In this document: one piece after another, positions 22,579 through 34,761 of the stretch | How the letters are laid out: the number at the start of each line of letters is the position of its first letter | Numbering within the stretch: position 1 is the first letter of the stretch | Assembly: GCF_000281045.1 (NCBI RefSeq) | Contig: NW_008246161.1 | Location: 85,511-135,954, forward strand | Reading direction: 5' to 3' | DNA: 50,444 bases | DNA from: Saprolegnia diclina VS20 | Taxonomy: Eukaryota | The notes under the pieces: model-generated | What the model was told of the DNA's origin: nothing | Seen by the model: only the letters and a program-made list of their open reading frames with translations | Database searches by the model: none | Position numbers and translations under genes: made by a program

Positions 22579-23380
22579 CGATTGCATCGGGAGGGCTCTC
22601 ACACCGAATATTACGTAATAAACACGGGTAAATGGGTTGGAGGCTGTGGTGTGCACATCCTTTGCGGCTGTGGCACGATTCTAGTTTCCCGGATCCGCCC
22701 GATCCAAATCAAGCCCAACCATTCCATTACTCTGCGTACTAGGTCTCAATACACTGTCGTTGGCTTACGATCCGGTGCCAATCTCACTTGGCCACTCACT
22801 CTCGAAGGACCAAGTACAGGGACGAGCTATTGGAAGCTGTTGACCCCACACAGCCATGATCGAACAAACGAGCGACGTGGACCATGGCCTCGATAGACAC
22901 GCGCTTCTGTACCGTTGAGTCTTGCGTTTTGCGACAACCAGGATTCAACTTCAACATGTGGCGTACTGGAAGGGTCCGATCTGCCAAGCCCATTTGTATC
23001 ATCGGTTTCTTGGTCAATCGACGGTCCTGACGAGCCCCTACCGATCGATCCAACGACGCCAAGTCGTGGGTCGCGTTGGCGTCGTTTCCCTCCTCATCCA
23101 TCCAAATCAAACTGCGGCTACAAGTCTCAGCTAGACGATATATACAATATTGTACATATGACAGTCCGATGGTTCGAGCACCAATGCCGCAAGGAAACGT
23201 GCTTTCAAGACCCCGATCATGGTTGCTACATGACCGAGGCAGTGGCCACGTTGCTGCTACCCGGTACCACGTAGCACCATCGATGCACCTGCTTGGAGAG
23301 ACCAGCCAATGACTATCTGCAAACATGATAGCTGCTTACCGCAGGGAATTCGAGTGGACCGCGTACTGTATTGTGCAATG

Positions 23381-23414
23381 CAACAATCCCGTGCAATGTT
23401 GCACGGGATTGTTG
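23381..23414. repeat. Perfect 34-bp palindrome upstream of gene E
   Basis: CAACAATCCCGTGCAA-TG-TTGCACGGGATTGTTG, with exactly complementary 16-bp arms. Confidence 0.9.
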
Positions 23415-23949
23415 TCGCGATCGCCTTCGAACTTCAATTTCGCATACAACGAACACTTGACTCAACTATAGAAAACGAAGTCCAAATCCACTATCATCTA
23501 TCACCGGAGCGTTGAGACCGGAACGAACGCCGGATGTTGCAGGTGGCAGCATCCGGTCCACCTCAACGACGCCACAAGCAGACGCGTACAATGGCAAGCA
23601 CGCATGAATCGACAAGTCTTTGTGCTCGGCTTGACGGACTTTGCATTCGTACAGAACACATGCACCGTACAACGTTGAAAAGTTCAAGCGTCGTGCTCGC
23701 CATTGAGACGACACAACACACTTCATCTCAATGGCGACCTCGCATTGGCTCCAGGTGGGTATGGAACCTGGCTTGAGACTGCAACTTGAACTTTGCTGAC
23801 GTGTGTGGCACAGCGCAGCAGCCGTAGGCCTTGAAGGACCGACCTTTTACGGGAAGGAACGAAGGCGTTTAGCCGCTGTGACGGTGCCGTACCTTACTGT
23901 ACAAGCCTCCCACCGCCATCCGAAGATGATGCATATCTTCCGGATACAC

Positions 23950-24020
23950 GATTGGGTGATCGATTGGCCAATCAATTTGAGGCAATCCATGGTTGACGGA
24001 AGTGGACCATTTTTCAAGTG
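23950..24020 (+). promoter_or_regulatory. ATTGG/CCAAT cluster and INR-like element of gene E
   Basis: GATTGGGTGATCGATTGGCCAATC, then CCATTTTTCAA, before ATG 24034. Confidence 0.5.
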
Positions 24021-24033
24021 GCCGTGTGGAGCC

Positions 24034-27000
24034 ATGATGCCATCGCAGCGCGCCAAAGAGGTTGCACAACGCCTCCAACGGTGATAACGAGCGTCCATAG
24101 CTGGCACTGCACGCAGCGGCGCAACGTGGTGATCTGAACGACGTCGCCTTGCTATTGCATGACGGTGTCAACATCAACGGCACACCCAACGGCGTACAAC
24201 CGCGCGTGGCGCGTCGATATGATCACAATTTTGTTGACATAGGGATCGACCGCGTTGCACAAGGCGACGTTCAACGATGAATTGGCCGTCGTTGGCTTCC
24301 TCCTCACCAACGGCGCCGACATTGAAGCGAAGGACGAGGTGCAATGGTTTGGCTCGTTCGTCAACATTGAAATCGTTGCATTAGGATGGCAACACCCCTC
24401 TGATCTTAGCCGTCTTCTTGAATCATGTGTCGGTCGTCCGCCTCCTCTTGGAGAAAGGCGCCAACGTCGACGTCGAGGACTACGTACGTCCAGGAACAAA
24501 ATCGCTTCCGAATGCGATGTGCTACTATTGTGACGACATTGTGCATGGATCTAGTTTGGCCAAACGCCGTTCTTATTCGCCGAGAAGAAGGGCCACCATC
24601 AAGTGACACTTCTTCTGGAAGAGTACCGGTCCATACGAGGCTACGAAGCCACGGTAGTCTCACGACCACGCGCTTGCAGTCACGCAGAATGCATCGTAGC
24701 TCGTGAAAGCGCTGCGCGACAAAAAGTACCCGGATGCAGCGACACTCCTCCATCAAGATATGATCGACGCCAACCTACGCGACACCGTACCTCGTTGCTT
24801 ACATAGCACGAGCTCCTCCCATGTCGATGGATATTAGGACAGGACACCCTTGCTGCATTTGATTGTCGAGACACAAAATCTGTGGCTGCTTCGAACGATG
24901 CTCCGCAAGCCAAAACTCGACGTGAACGCGAGAGACAAGGTCCATACGCCTCTTCCTGCTATGTGCGCTACATATGTGGGCGTAGGGTGGACGGTCTGCA
25001 CTCACACTTGCCATTGCGCTGTCCAACGTTGAGGTGGCACTCGAACTGTACCAAGCAGGCACACGTATCGATTTCGCGAGCACGGTGGGCGTTTAGGTCG
25101 GTGTGAGCGACGACAAATCCATCTATAGAGTCTGCTTTCGACGACGCCCATCTTTGGGACGGCGCTGCTCCGCGCCGCCTCGGCCAATGACGATACCATC
25201 GTCACTCAACTACTCGGTCTTGGCGTCCACCCTACGTTTGCCAACGAGGTACCGTATTTTCTATTTGCAAAAATCTTGATGGCGACGTAGACTGGCGAGA
25301 CGGCACTGCATCTAGCGGCAGCCAAGGGCCACACGACCACCGTGACAAAGCTGCTGCAGCCTCATAATTTCGGCGACTACCTCGACGCGACCAATCATGT
25401 ACGTTTCCCACCTGACGCGGCGTCGGCCGACAGCGTTGCTATGGTGTAGGCGGGTGCAACGCCGCTCTTTGTCGCTATCGCCGGCGGCCATGCACACGTC
25501 GTCGGCCAGCTCGTGGCGGCCAATGCGCAAATACATTGCGTGACGAAGGTATGCCAAACCTCGTTGTCGCATCATCATTCGTTGTAGGATGGCTCAACGC
25601 TGCTGCACGCAGCGGTCCAAAGTTGTAACACGAGTCTACTCGACCTCGCTCTTTCCTTCTCGAGCGATATCAACGCGCGTGATTCGGTAACTTGGCATCT
25701 TATTTACTCTATATACGATGCATTGGCTCGTAGATGGGCCAAACGCCGCTGCACCTCGCGGTCCTCTTGGACCATAAAGACGCCGTGAGTTGCCTCGTGC
25801 GCGCCGAAGCCAACGTCTTTGCGATGACAGAGGTATCGCAACGCGTGCCATTGTGTCGAGAGACATCGTATGTCACAGACGGGCATGACGCCGTCAATGA
25901 CGACCAGTAACCCAGGCGTCCGTGCCATTTTGAAACATGCAGAGACAGCGTTCGACGAGCAGGTGCGTGGCGCCGACCAAGAGGGTGAATGCGAGAGCTG
26001 TGTAGATGGCGCGGCACTTGGAGGCCGCTGAACGCCAAAGCGCACCCGCTCGCCGTCACTCGGACGTCAGTGCTTATCGTCACTCGGACGTCAGCGCTCG
26101 CCGTCACTCGGACGTCAGTGCCCCTACACATCTAACGACTCGGTCGTTGCCGGTACATTTTCGCCCGAGCAACAGCCATGGTTGGACGCCTTTTTTGCTA
26201 TTTCGATAGAGTCCCGTCAATCGCCGCAAGGAGCCAGAGTCCAACTTGGTACACTCTGACGAGGTGCATCGTAAACGGACTTGGGGTGTAGAAGCTCGTC
26301 GAGGCTGTTCAGAAGCAAACGTATGAAAGAGTGCTCATGCTCTTGGCGGACGGGGGCGACCCGAACGCCACAAACGAGGTAGGACATGCCTGCCGTGGTG
26401 CAAAGAGCGATCGATGGTACTAGGCCGGTGACTCGCTTTTGCATCTCGCTGTCATCGGCGGCGACCATAAGATCTTGTCGGTCCTCTCCCAGAAACGAGA
26501 CGTCCGATTCGACGTTCGCAACGCTGTACAACTTGATGTGTGAGAGGTGCTACCGACGACGACAATGTTGCTGTAGGCCGGCTGGACGCCACTCGTACTC
26601 GCAATTCAATTGGGCCGCCGACGCCTGGCGAGCCTTCTCCACGCTGCGGTGCGCACCTTGACACCCGTGGTTTGCACGGTGGCGCGCTCATCTCGCAAGG
26701 ATCTCGACATGGCGACCCCGCTTCCCGCGCACGGCGTCGTCATGGATGTCACGACCCTGCTCGGAGGGGGTGCCCATGGCAATGTGTACAAAGGCACGTA
26801 CAAGGGTCGCACGGTGGCTGTCAAGTCTCCCAAAAACCCCACCGACGTTCCGGGCCTTGAAAGAGAGATCGAGACCATGCAACTGTATGTGCCCAAGTAG
26901 CTTTCCACCCGCGTTGACGCGCTGTCGATGTAGGTGCCCGTCGCCGTACGTGCTTGGCCTTCTCGCGTACACCAAGTCGCCAAATCCCAAGCTGATCCTC

Positions 27001-28315
27001 GAGTACATGGACGCAGGCGATTTGCGCAGCTACCTCGTTCACAAGCGACTCGGCCATTCGACTGCGATAGACGTCACGTCGTTGCAGGTTGCATGGGTCG
27101 TTGCGAATGCGCTCGCCGATCTGCACCACAACGGCCTCCTCCACCGCGACATCAAGAGCCCGAACGTCCTCCTCTGCTCTCAGAATTACATCAAGCTCGC
27201 CGACCTTGGGATTGCCCGCGAGTACGAGTCAAATATGACGACGGGCATTGGGACGCTGCGCTGGATGGCCCCCGAGCTCTTGGATAGACACAAACAGTAC
27301 GACTCGGCGGCCGACATGTATGCCTTTGGAGCCCTCTTGACCGAGCTCGACACGCTCAAGCTCCCATTTGCATCCGAGGACCTGTCGCTCGAAATCATGC
27401 GCAAACTCAGCGAAGGCTCACTTCGCCCGCACTTCACGCCCACCTGTGCGCCGTGGCTCAAGGACCTCGCGACTGCATGTCTGTCGTTCGACCCCAAAGC
27501 GCGCCCCACAGCGCAAGAGGTTGTTCATCGTCTGCAACGGCAAATGGACCAGCCACGCGACCGGGCGTACAAAGCCGACTCGATGGCCAACTGTATGGTG
27601 GCACCTGTGGCCCGTACGCGCGTTCGTGCCTCGACCCTCCAAAGTGCCCGGGTACGTCGACGGGGTTGATGTTCTGAACTAAAGAGTCGATCGGCGCAAC
27701 GTAGGCGCCACCACTAGGTCATCTGCAATCGGAAATCGTGGGCGTTGATATGTCGTCGCTGCAATTGGCCCAAGCCCCCATGTCCACACAGCCCCGCCGC
27801 ACGTCCGCGGCGCAGAGCGTGGGCGCGCTCCCACCGCCAATGCTACCATTACCCGTGGCGTTTCATGAGCAACCAGGGCTGCCTCCAACGCCGTCAAATG
27901 GGGCATCGGTGTTTGGCAACACCAAGGTATGCACGGAGATTGGAAAACGTGTACTCATATGCAGTGCTAGTCGTACTCGGGCTGGAGCACCGAAATGCTC
28001 GTGGAAACGACGCTGGTCTGTCAGGAGTGCAACACGACCAATAGCCTCCGAGACGTTGTCTGTTGCACACATTGCAATGCCCCGCTGCCACCTGCGTCGC
28101 GCAAGCTTCAAGTGCTCTTGCGGCGCTTAAGCATTGCGGCCCAGCGAGGTCTCATCATTGACGTCAAAATCACTTGCGAGTCATGCTCCATCGGCCACCC
28201 GATGACACGGGCCAAGTGCGACAGGTGCGACGAAGTGTTCCCCGCCGACGCCACCAAGGTCGCCATCCTTCTCAAGCGCATCGAGCTCGCCAACAAAAGA
28301 CAAGTGCAGCCGTAA
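24034..28315 (+). CDS. Ankyrin-repeat TKL-like kinase E with double zinc-ribbon C-terminus
   Basis: Exon 1 MMPSQRAKE, then ankyrin exons from 24101. Kinase about 26740-27545: GGGAHG, VAVK, HRDIKSPN, DLG, APE, DMYAFG, intron 26885-26933. A Pro-rich linker leads to CQEC/CTHC/CESC/CDRC and TAA 28315. Confidence 0.85.
26051..26122 (+). repeat. 24-bp tandem repeat x3 encoding (R/Y)RHSDVSA in a linker exon of gene E
   Basis: cgccgtcactcggacgtcagtgct / tatcgtcactcggacgtcagcgct / cgccgtcactcggacgtcagtgcc within exon 26006-26152. Confidence 0.9.
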
Positions 28316-28715
28316 GTGTATACAAACAACATCATTACATTATACCCTTGTTCACGCATTGCTCAACCCACACAACGTTCAAAACGTATCTAGAGTGGTA
28401 TCGCTCTTATCATATATGTCTTGGTTTTCTATTGTCAAGATGCAGATGGCACGTAGTCGACCACTCTTTGTCCTGTCGGTGGATTCCTGCTTCACATACA
28501 GGAGGTGCGGGGTTCGAGCAACTTGTGGGATCGGCACCAAAATGCTTTTCATGTCAACACGGAGCAGCTTTCGAGATCGATCGACTTTATCGCAAACTCG
28601 AGAAGGTGGGCAACATGTTCGTCGTCAAAAAGAACTTGCGTATCGCGCCGACCAAGGAGGCAGATCCGGCGGGTGAACATTGATGACCGAGATCACCCAA
28701 GAAAATCAATCGACG

Positions 28716-29040
28716 GTCGTCAAGGACGGCTCGATGTACATGCAAGGCGGCGTGATGTTCAAGAACTGAACGAAGCGCAATGTCGTGCTTGCAGGCACTG
28801 CGCTCGGGATCTTCTCGGATGCCGACGACAAGACGTTGCTGCGTATGATGAAGTTGAAAACTGGCCGCTGCACGGTCGCTGCCGTCGACGTCGGCCAAGC
28901 GCATGGGCGAGTACTCTTTCGAAGTGAAGGACGACGACCGCAAAAAAACCATGTCGTGTACGTCTGAAGAAGGGAAAATGGAGTGGCTTGATGCGCTCAA
29001 GGGCGCGATCGACGCGTCCAATGCATTTCGTCACATGTAA
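28716..29040 (+). pseudogene. PH-domain pseudogene
   Basis: VVKDGSMYMQGGVMFKN*TKRNVVLAG...GR/YSFEV...SEEGKMEWLDALKGAI. TGA at 28767-28769 replaces the conserved Trp of the PH beta-2 motif, and there is a frameshift near 28911. Confidence 0.7.
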
Positions 29041-29457
29041 GAGGCGTCTTCTAGCAGTCTAGTTACTGTCACCCAGTTAAGCACGACGCCGCTGCAGTTT
29101 GCTGAACGCAATGGCCTTCCCAACCTCACCAACTTTACACTTTTTGCAAAAGATAAGAACATATTTTGGAAGCCTTGGTCCGCTCGAAAATATCATGCCC
29201 GATCCGGAGTGCATGTATCAAGTCAACTTGCGTTTGTTTAGTACGGACAGTCGACACGAAATAAAACAGCTAAACACACGCAGATGTGCAGCATTGACCA
29301 ATCGCAAGCACCATTATTGTGGATTGGTGGAATTTTAGCCAATCCACTTAAGGCAATCAAGAGACACCCACGTCACCGTCGTCGGGTTGTGGTCGTGGGC
29401 GCCGATGATTGGTCGATGCATGGCCAATCCAACAACAGAGATTGACCCATTGTGAAA

Positions 29458-32400
29458 ATGTGGCTGTGGAGACAGCGGCCGGAAGAGGTACCGTCGTCGT
29501 TGCTGCGTCCAACGACGTCGTTGCTCATGAGCGGTGCCATGTAACCATAGACGGCGCTGTGTTGTGCTGCCAAGGATGGCAACGTGGCCACCGTCCAAGC
29601 GCTCTTAGACGACGGCGTCAACATTGAGTGCACGTTCGAGGTTCGTCATTGCTGCGATTGATTAGTTGAAATGACATTTCTATGTAGGATAGCCAAACGC
29701 CATTGCATTATGCAGCTGCGAACGGTCATGTGGCGATCGTCCGCTTTTTGCTTGAAAAAGGCGCCAAAATCGAAGCGCGGGAATCGTGGAATGGTGCTAC
29801 ACCGTTGCGCGCAGCTGCGAACCGTTGGCAGTCGGACGTCGTCCGTCTCCTGCTCGAGTACGGCGCTGACTTTGATACAATGGCCAAGGTAATTTGGGTC
29901 GCCGCTTCTTAACGTCCACGGAACTTGAGGTGTTTGAAATAGGATGGGTCGACACCGTTGCACCAGTCTGCTCTGTTTGGGTATATGGCGATCGTCCGCC
30001 TCTTGCTTGAAAAAGGCGCCAAGGTCGACGCGCAGACCAAGGTACTCGGACGCTTTATCGTCGGGGGATGTCGCATGTTCAGGACGGAGTATATGGAATA
30101 GAAAGGGGAGACACCACTGTACAACGCAGCCCGGAACCATCAGCCGGAGATCGTGCGACTCCTCCTGGACAACGGAGCGACTCTTGACGTGCAAGACAAG
30201 GTACACGCATCCAGCCCTAGCGCCCTTTACGATCGCTTCTCGACATCGTAGAAGGGGCGTACACCGCGCATGCGAGCTGAGAAAACGGGGTCGTTGGACG
30301 CAGCCGAGCTCTTGCGCGACTACCCCCGTAAACACGACTACGAAGCAGCGGTAGACGTCGACTATGACGCGCTACCGGACGATTTCGTTGTCGTAGCTCT
30401 GGAAGGCGCTCCGCACAAAGAACATCGCAGCCGCATTGACCCTCGTCAAAAAACGCGTTATCGACCCCAACCTCTGCGACACGGTGCACCTCGCTCTGTG
30501 GAAGCTCCTATGGACCTTGCGTATGGGCGCTTGTAGGATGGGACGCCCTTGCTGCACCGTGTATTGGAAATGCCGTCGCTGCGCCACGTTATAGTTGAAA
30601 ACCGAGAGCTCCGTGTGGATGATACGGACAAGGTACGTCCATTGACACGCGTTTGGTGTCTCTCACAATTCGTTTTGATAAGACGGGGGACACGGCCCTG
30701 GCACGTGCTGTCGTGACGGACAACGTCGATGTGATCCTCGCGCTGCTCTATACAGGCGCCCGCGTCGACCTTCTCAGCGAGGTACACAAGGTGTCACAAG
30801 CCGATTTTGACCCGGCGCAGGGCCTACGACAGGCGCTTCTTCAAACGCATGTGCTTGGCACTGCTGATCTGCTATGTGCTGTTGCCACAAAGGATGTCGT
30901 CAGCGTCCACCGAGCAACCGCGCTGCACATCGCAGCCGCTTGCAACCACACCCAGATCGTTGGTTTGCTCCTCAAGACGGACGCGTCGCTCCGCTACTGC
31001 CAAGACCACGTACGTTTTCTTGCTGGCAAATCCACTCTCCCTAAGTTTTGATATAGCATGGGAATCGGCCCCTGCACGTCGCGGCTGCCCGGGGGAATGT
31101 TGACACCATCGCCACGCTCCTGGACTTTGACGAGGCGTGCGTCGACATGGCCAACCGTGTACGCGGCGTGTGCCCACGTTCGTGGTAACCACGGTTTTTG
31201 ATTGACGTAGGCTGGCGAGTCGCCGCTCTATTTGGCTGCTCGGGGTAGCCATCAAGGCCATGGACATTGCGTCACGCGCCTGCTCTCCGCCAACGCCAGC
31301 TGTCGATCCATAACCAAGGTCTGTAGTCCAGGGCCTCTACCAACGGCATCGCACGCTCCTTGTAGGACGGGTCGACGGTGCTGCACGCTGCAGCACAGGG
31401 TGGTTACTGGGCGATGCAACGACTCGTCGTACTCTGCAGCGATGCGCTGGAGGCACACAATGCGGTGAAACTCCACTCGACACGGTGGCGGTATTGGTAC
31501 CTGCTCGTATAGATGGGAGAGACGCCGTTGTACGTGGCGGCCAAAGCCAACAACTTTTATGCGGTGCGGAATTTTGTGGGCGCAGGCGCCGACTTGGGTA
31601 CCGCCCCCAAGGTGCGTGCCGACTATTTTTCGGTCGATAAACTTTGAACGACTCTGGAGTAGGACCCCGAGACGTTGGTAGCGTAGCGATCTGCGATGCG
31701 CGTTGCCTCCCACCGATGGCATAGATGGCGATTTTGCAAAGCGCAATCAACGCGCAGGACACGAAGCTGTTGCAAGCACTGGTGCCAGTGGTAGCCGAAG
31801 CGGGCCATGTCGCTTGCCTCCGCGACGTTCTTCAAGCCCATAGTCTACCATCCATGGGTCTACCAAAGGCTCTTGGCACCGAGGTACGTCGTGCTTCTCT
31901 GCCCAACAGCATGCTTGATATCGGTTGCAGATGCGTCAAAAGGCACTGGCGACCGCGGTGGCCAAGGACAAGCCACAGATTGTGATGGACCTTCTCCACT
32001 CGCATGGGTCCGAACTGGCCATTGTCGCCGAGGTGCGTGCACCATGGCGGCTGATGATGCTAACAGTCTTTTTGGCTGTAGACTGCGTCGCCATTGCACT
32101 ATGCAGCCGCCGCAGGATCGCAACTGGTGCTCGGTATGCTGCTCGCGACTCCTGGCCTCCAGATCAACGCCGTCAACAAGGTACTCCATCACGACGTCCG
32201 CCCTTGTAGCTCAATGCAATGTCGCAGGAGGGATATACGGCGCTGGCCATTGCCGTCAACGAAGGCCGACTCGACGCAGCGACTGCGCTAGTCACTGTCG
32301 GCGCAGACGCGTCCATTCATTTGCCCGTCCGTGCATGATCCGATGGCAAATCACATTTGACAAACGGTGTAGGATGGCTCGTCGGTGCTCCACGCCGCCG

Positions 32401-33789
32401 TCGCACTGGAGGCCCACAGCTCCGACATGCTGCAGATGTTGTTGTCGTCCTCGACGCTTGAGATCGACCAGACCGACGCGGTGCGTTCTGCTTCTATCAA
32501 CTTTACGCAGATAGCATTTGCACGCTAGATCGGCCGTACGGCGCTAGCGTGCGCCGTCCTCGCGGAGCGTGACCACCTTGTGCAACTGCTTGTCGAAGCG
32601 GGCGCCGACGCGACACTGCCGTTGCGAGTACCCCACCATAGTCGTGTCGGCAGAGTAACCTTATCCTATCTCGTACTAGAACGGACAAGATTTGACCATA
32701 TTGGCAACCGCCGCCCAACGTCGACACCAAAGCATCGCGTCGTACCTCAACGACCAAGTGCATACGGCCGCGCTCGACGTAGCTTGTCGCGCGGTGGCAG
32801 CTTCTCACACGTAGCATTTAGATATCGGCCGCCGACATCACGTCGTTCGAGTCGTTGGGCAAGGGCGGCGGTGGTGCTGTCGTCCGTGCGTCGTACAATG
32901 ACCGTGCAGTTGCAATCAAGAAGCCCTTGTACGGGTCGGTGCGGGAAGCCATTCCGATGCGAGAAGAGATCGACAACACCACACTGTACGCTTTGATGCC
33001 GAGTCCTACGCTAAACCAGTGAGTAGGTGTCGGTCGCCGCACGTCGTGCCGCTGTTGGCGACGGTCGATTATGCTTCGAACCACCCACAGATGGTGCTCG
33101 AGCTCATGGACCAAGGGGACCTCTTCCAGTACCTGTGCACGAAGCGCAAGGGTGAGCCGGTGATCACGGAGATCACGACAATGCAAGTGGCGTGGGCGAT
33201 CGCGAATGCCCTTCAAGTGATCCACGGTCTCGGCAAGGTGCACCGCGACGTCAAGAGCTTGAACGTCTTTCTCTCATCGACCCATGGAGTCAAGCTCGGC
33301 GACTTTGGCACGACACGGACCCTCGAGACGCTCATGACGGGCAACGTCGGGTCGCAACTCTGGATGGCCCCCGAGGTCTTTCGCGCATACGACTACAACC
33401 CAAGCCAGGACGATGACCGAACGCTGTACACGTCGGCCGCCGACGTTTACTCGTTTGGTATCATCTTGTCCGAAGTTGAGACGGGCCACGAGCCGTATGC
33501 GAACCATGGCGGCAACGTCATTGCTGACGTGCGCGCCGGGACACTGCGTCCGGATCTGGGCCAAAATTGCCCGCCTTGGCTCCGCAAGCTCGCGACCGCG
33601 TGCTGGGCGCAGGAGGCATCGATGCGCCCGACAGCCAAGCAGATCGTCCAATACCTCGCCAAGCGGCTTTACGATCATGAGCGTGACGAAGCGTACGATG
33701 ACGACGATGACCTTGCGCCCAAGTGTGTGGACCACGCTAAGACGACGATGGCCACGAAGGACCTCTTCTCCATTGCCGAGGAGCCGTAG
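29458..33789 (+). CDS. Ankyrin-repeat TKL-like kinase F (no zinc-ribbon tail; acidic C-terminus)
   Basis: Exon 1 MWLWRQRPEE follows GATTGG/CCAAT boxes, with many ankyrin exons from 29551. Kinase from 32822: GKGGGG, VAIK, HRDVKSLN, DFG, APE, DVYSFG, intron 32986-33026. Stop TAG 33789. Confidence 0.85.
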
Positions 33790-34232
33790 CCATGGACGAT
33801 TGTCTTTGCCGGATGAAATAATCATTTGCATTTTGCCCATAATGTCTTGTCTTCGAGTATAGATAGGGTCAAGCTTTTCATACTTACTTCCGTTGCATCG
33901 GTGCGTACGCGTTGGTTTCTGCGATGGCGCAAAGACCTTCAGAGCAGCTACCAGAGCTGCACGAGCCCTATCCATGGTTGGCGATCGTGACGAGCTAAAT
34001 CTTCATCGACAACAGAGCACCGTCGAACGACCGCAAAGCCAAGGTAGCTCGACGCGCACACGATTTGGAAATTGGTATGTTTCGACGCCGCTACAGAAGA
34101 AATGGTCTCTACCTCGGTCCGCCCCAGCCCACTTGAGACGAGGTGCGATGGCAAAAATGGTTGCCGTCGTGCACCGTTTCACTTTGCATTTGTCCAATCT
34201 GAATATCCGTGCACATTTGCACGGGATTGTTG

Positions 34233-34619
34233 TTGTTGAAGTGGGTCGTCTATTAAAATAGATACGTAAATCTACGCTAAATAAAATTGTCGGACTTTCT
34301 TCGTTGTGTAGGCGCTGGTGATGATCTTGATCTAGGCCGGCGGAGGCAGGAGCGCGATCCGCGGGACAAGGTGCTGGCACGGCCACTCGTGTTGAGCGAG
34401 GAGCCGGAGAAGGCGACGTAGAGCCATCTCCTGGGTTTTGAACGAGGCTGTGGTGCAAGTGCATTTGAGCGACACGCGCCGCTTTGACGGCAATCGTCCA
34501 TGGGCTTGGCAGTGGGAGGTCGGCGCGAAAGACGCGATCGTTGCGGACGCGCCAGACGTTGAACCAGACGCAGGCGCGGAGCACTGGCCAGAGGCAGCGG
34601 AACGCGGCTCGGTACATGC
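34233..34619 (-). mobile_element. 5'-truncated non-LTR retrotransposon (L1/Tx1-like ORF2 3' end) with 17-bp target-site duplication
   Basis: The minus frame VLRACVWFNVWRVRNDRVF matches the W-x-x-R-N-x-x-x-F motif of L1-clade ORF2 C-termini. Direct repeat TTTGCACGGGATTGTTG flanks it at 34216-34232 and 34620-34636. A short (CAA)n tail lies at the element 3' end. Confidence 0.75.
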
Positions 34620-34761
34620 TTTGCACGGGATTGTTGAGGTGATATATTCTTGATGAAATCATTCAAGTATCAAGTAGGCAGCGATTGTGATTGGTCGGTG
34701 GATTCGTCCGTCGTTGGCGATTTTTTTCATTTTCCAATTGGCCGGCTCGCGGCACTGCAGA

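Noticed and set aside
22582..23330. Cys/His-containing short ORFs downstream of copy 3
   Set aside because: No coherent domain; possibly a decayed element but unsupported.
23381..23430. Palindrome as a Helitron 3' hairpin or rho-independent terminator
   Set aside because: No consistent downstream CTRR end and no U-tract; the context is eukaryotic.
15671..26122. 33-bp and 24-bp repeats as CRISPR-like arrays
   Set aside because: They are contiguous tandem units with no spacers, lie in coding exons, and the context is eukaryotic with no cas genes.
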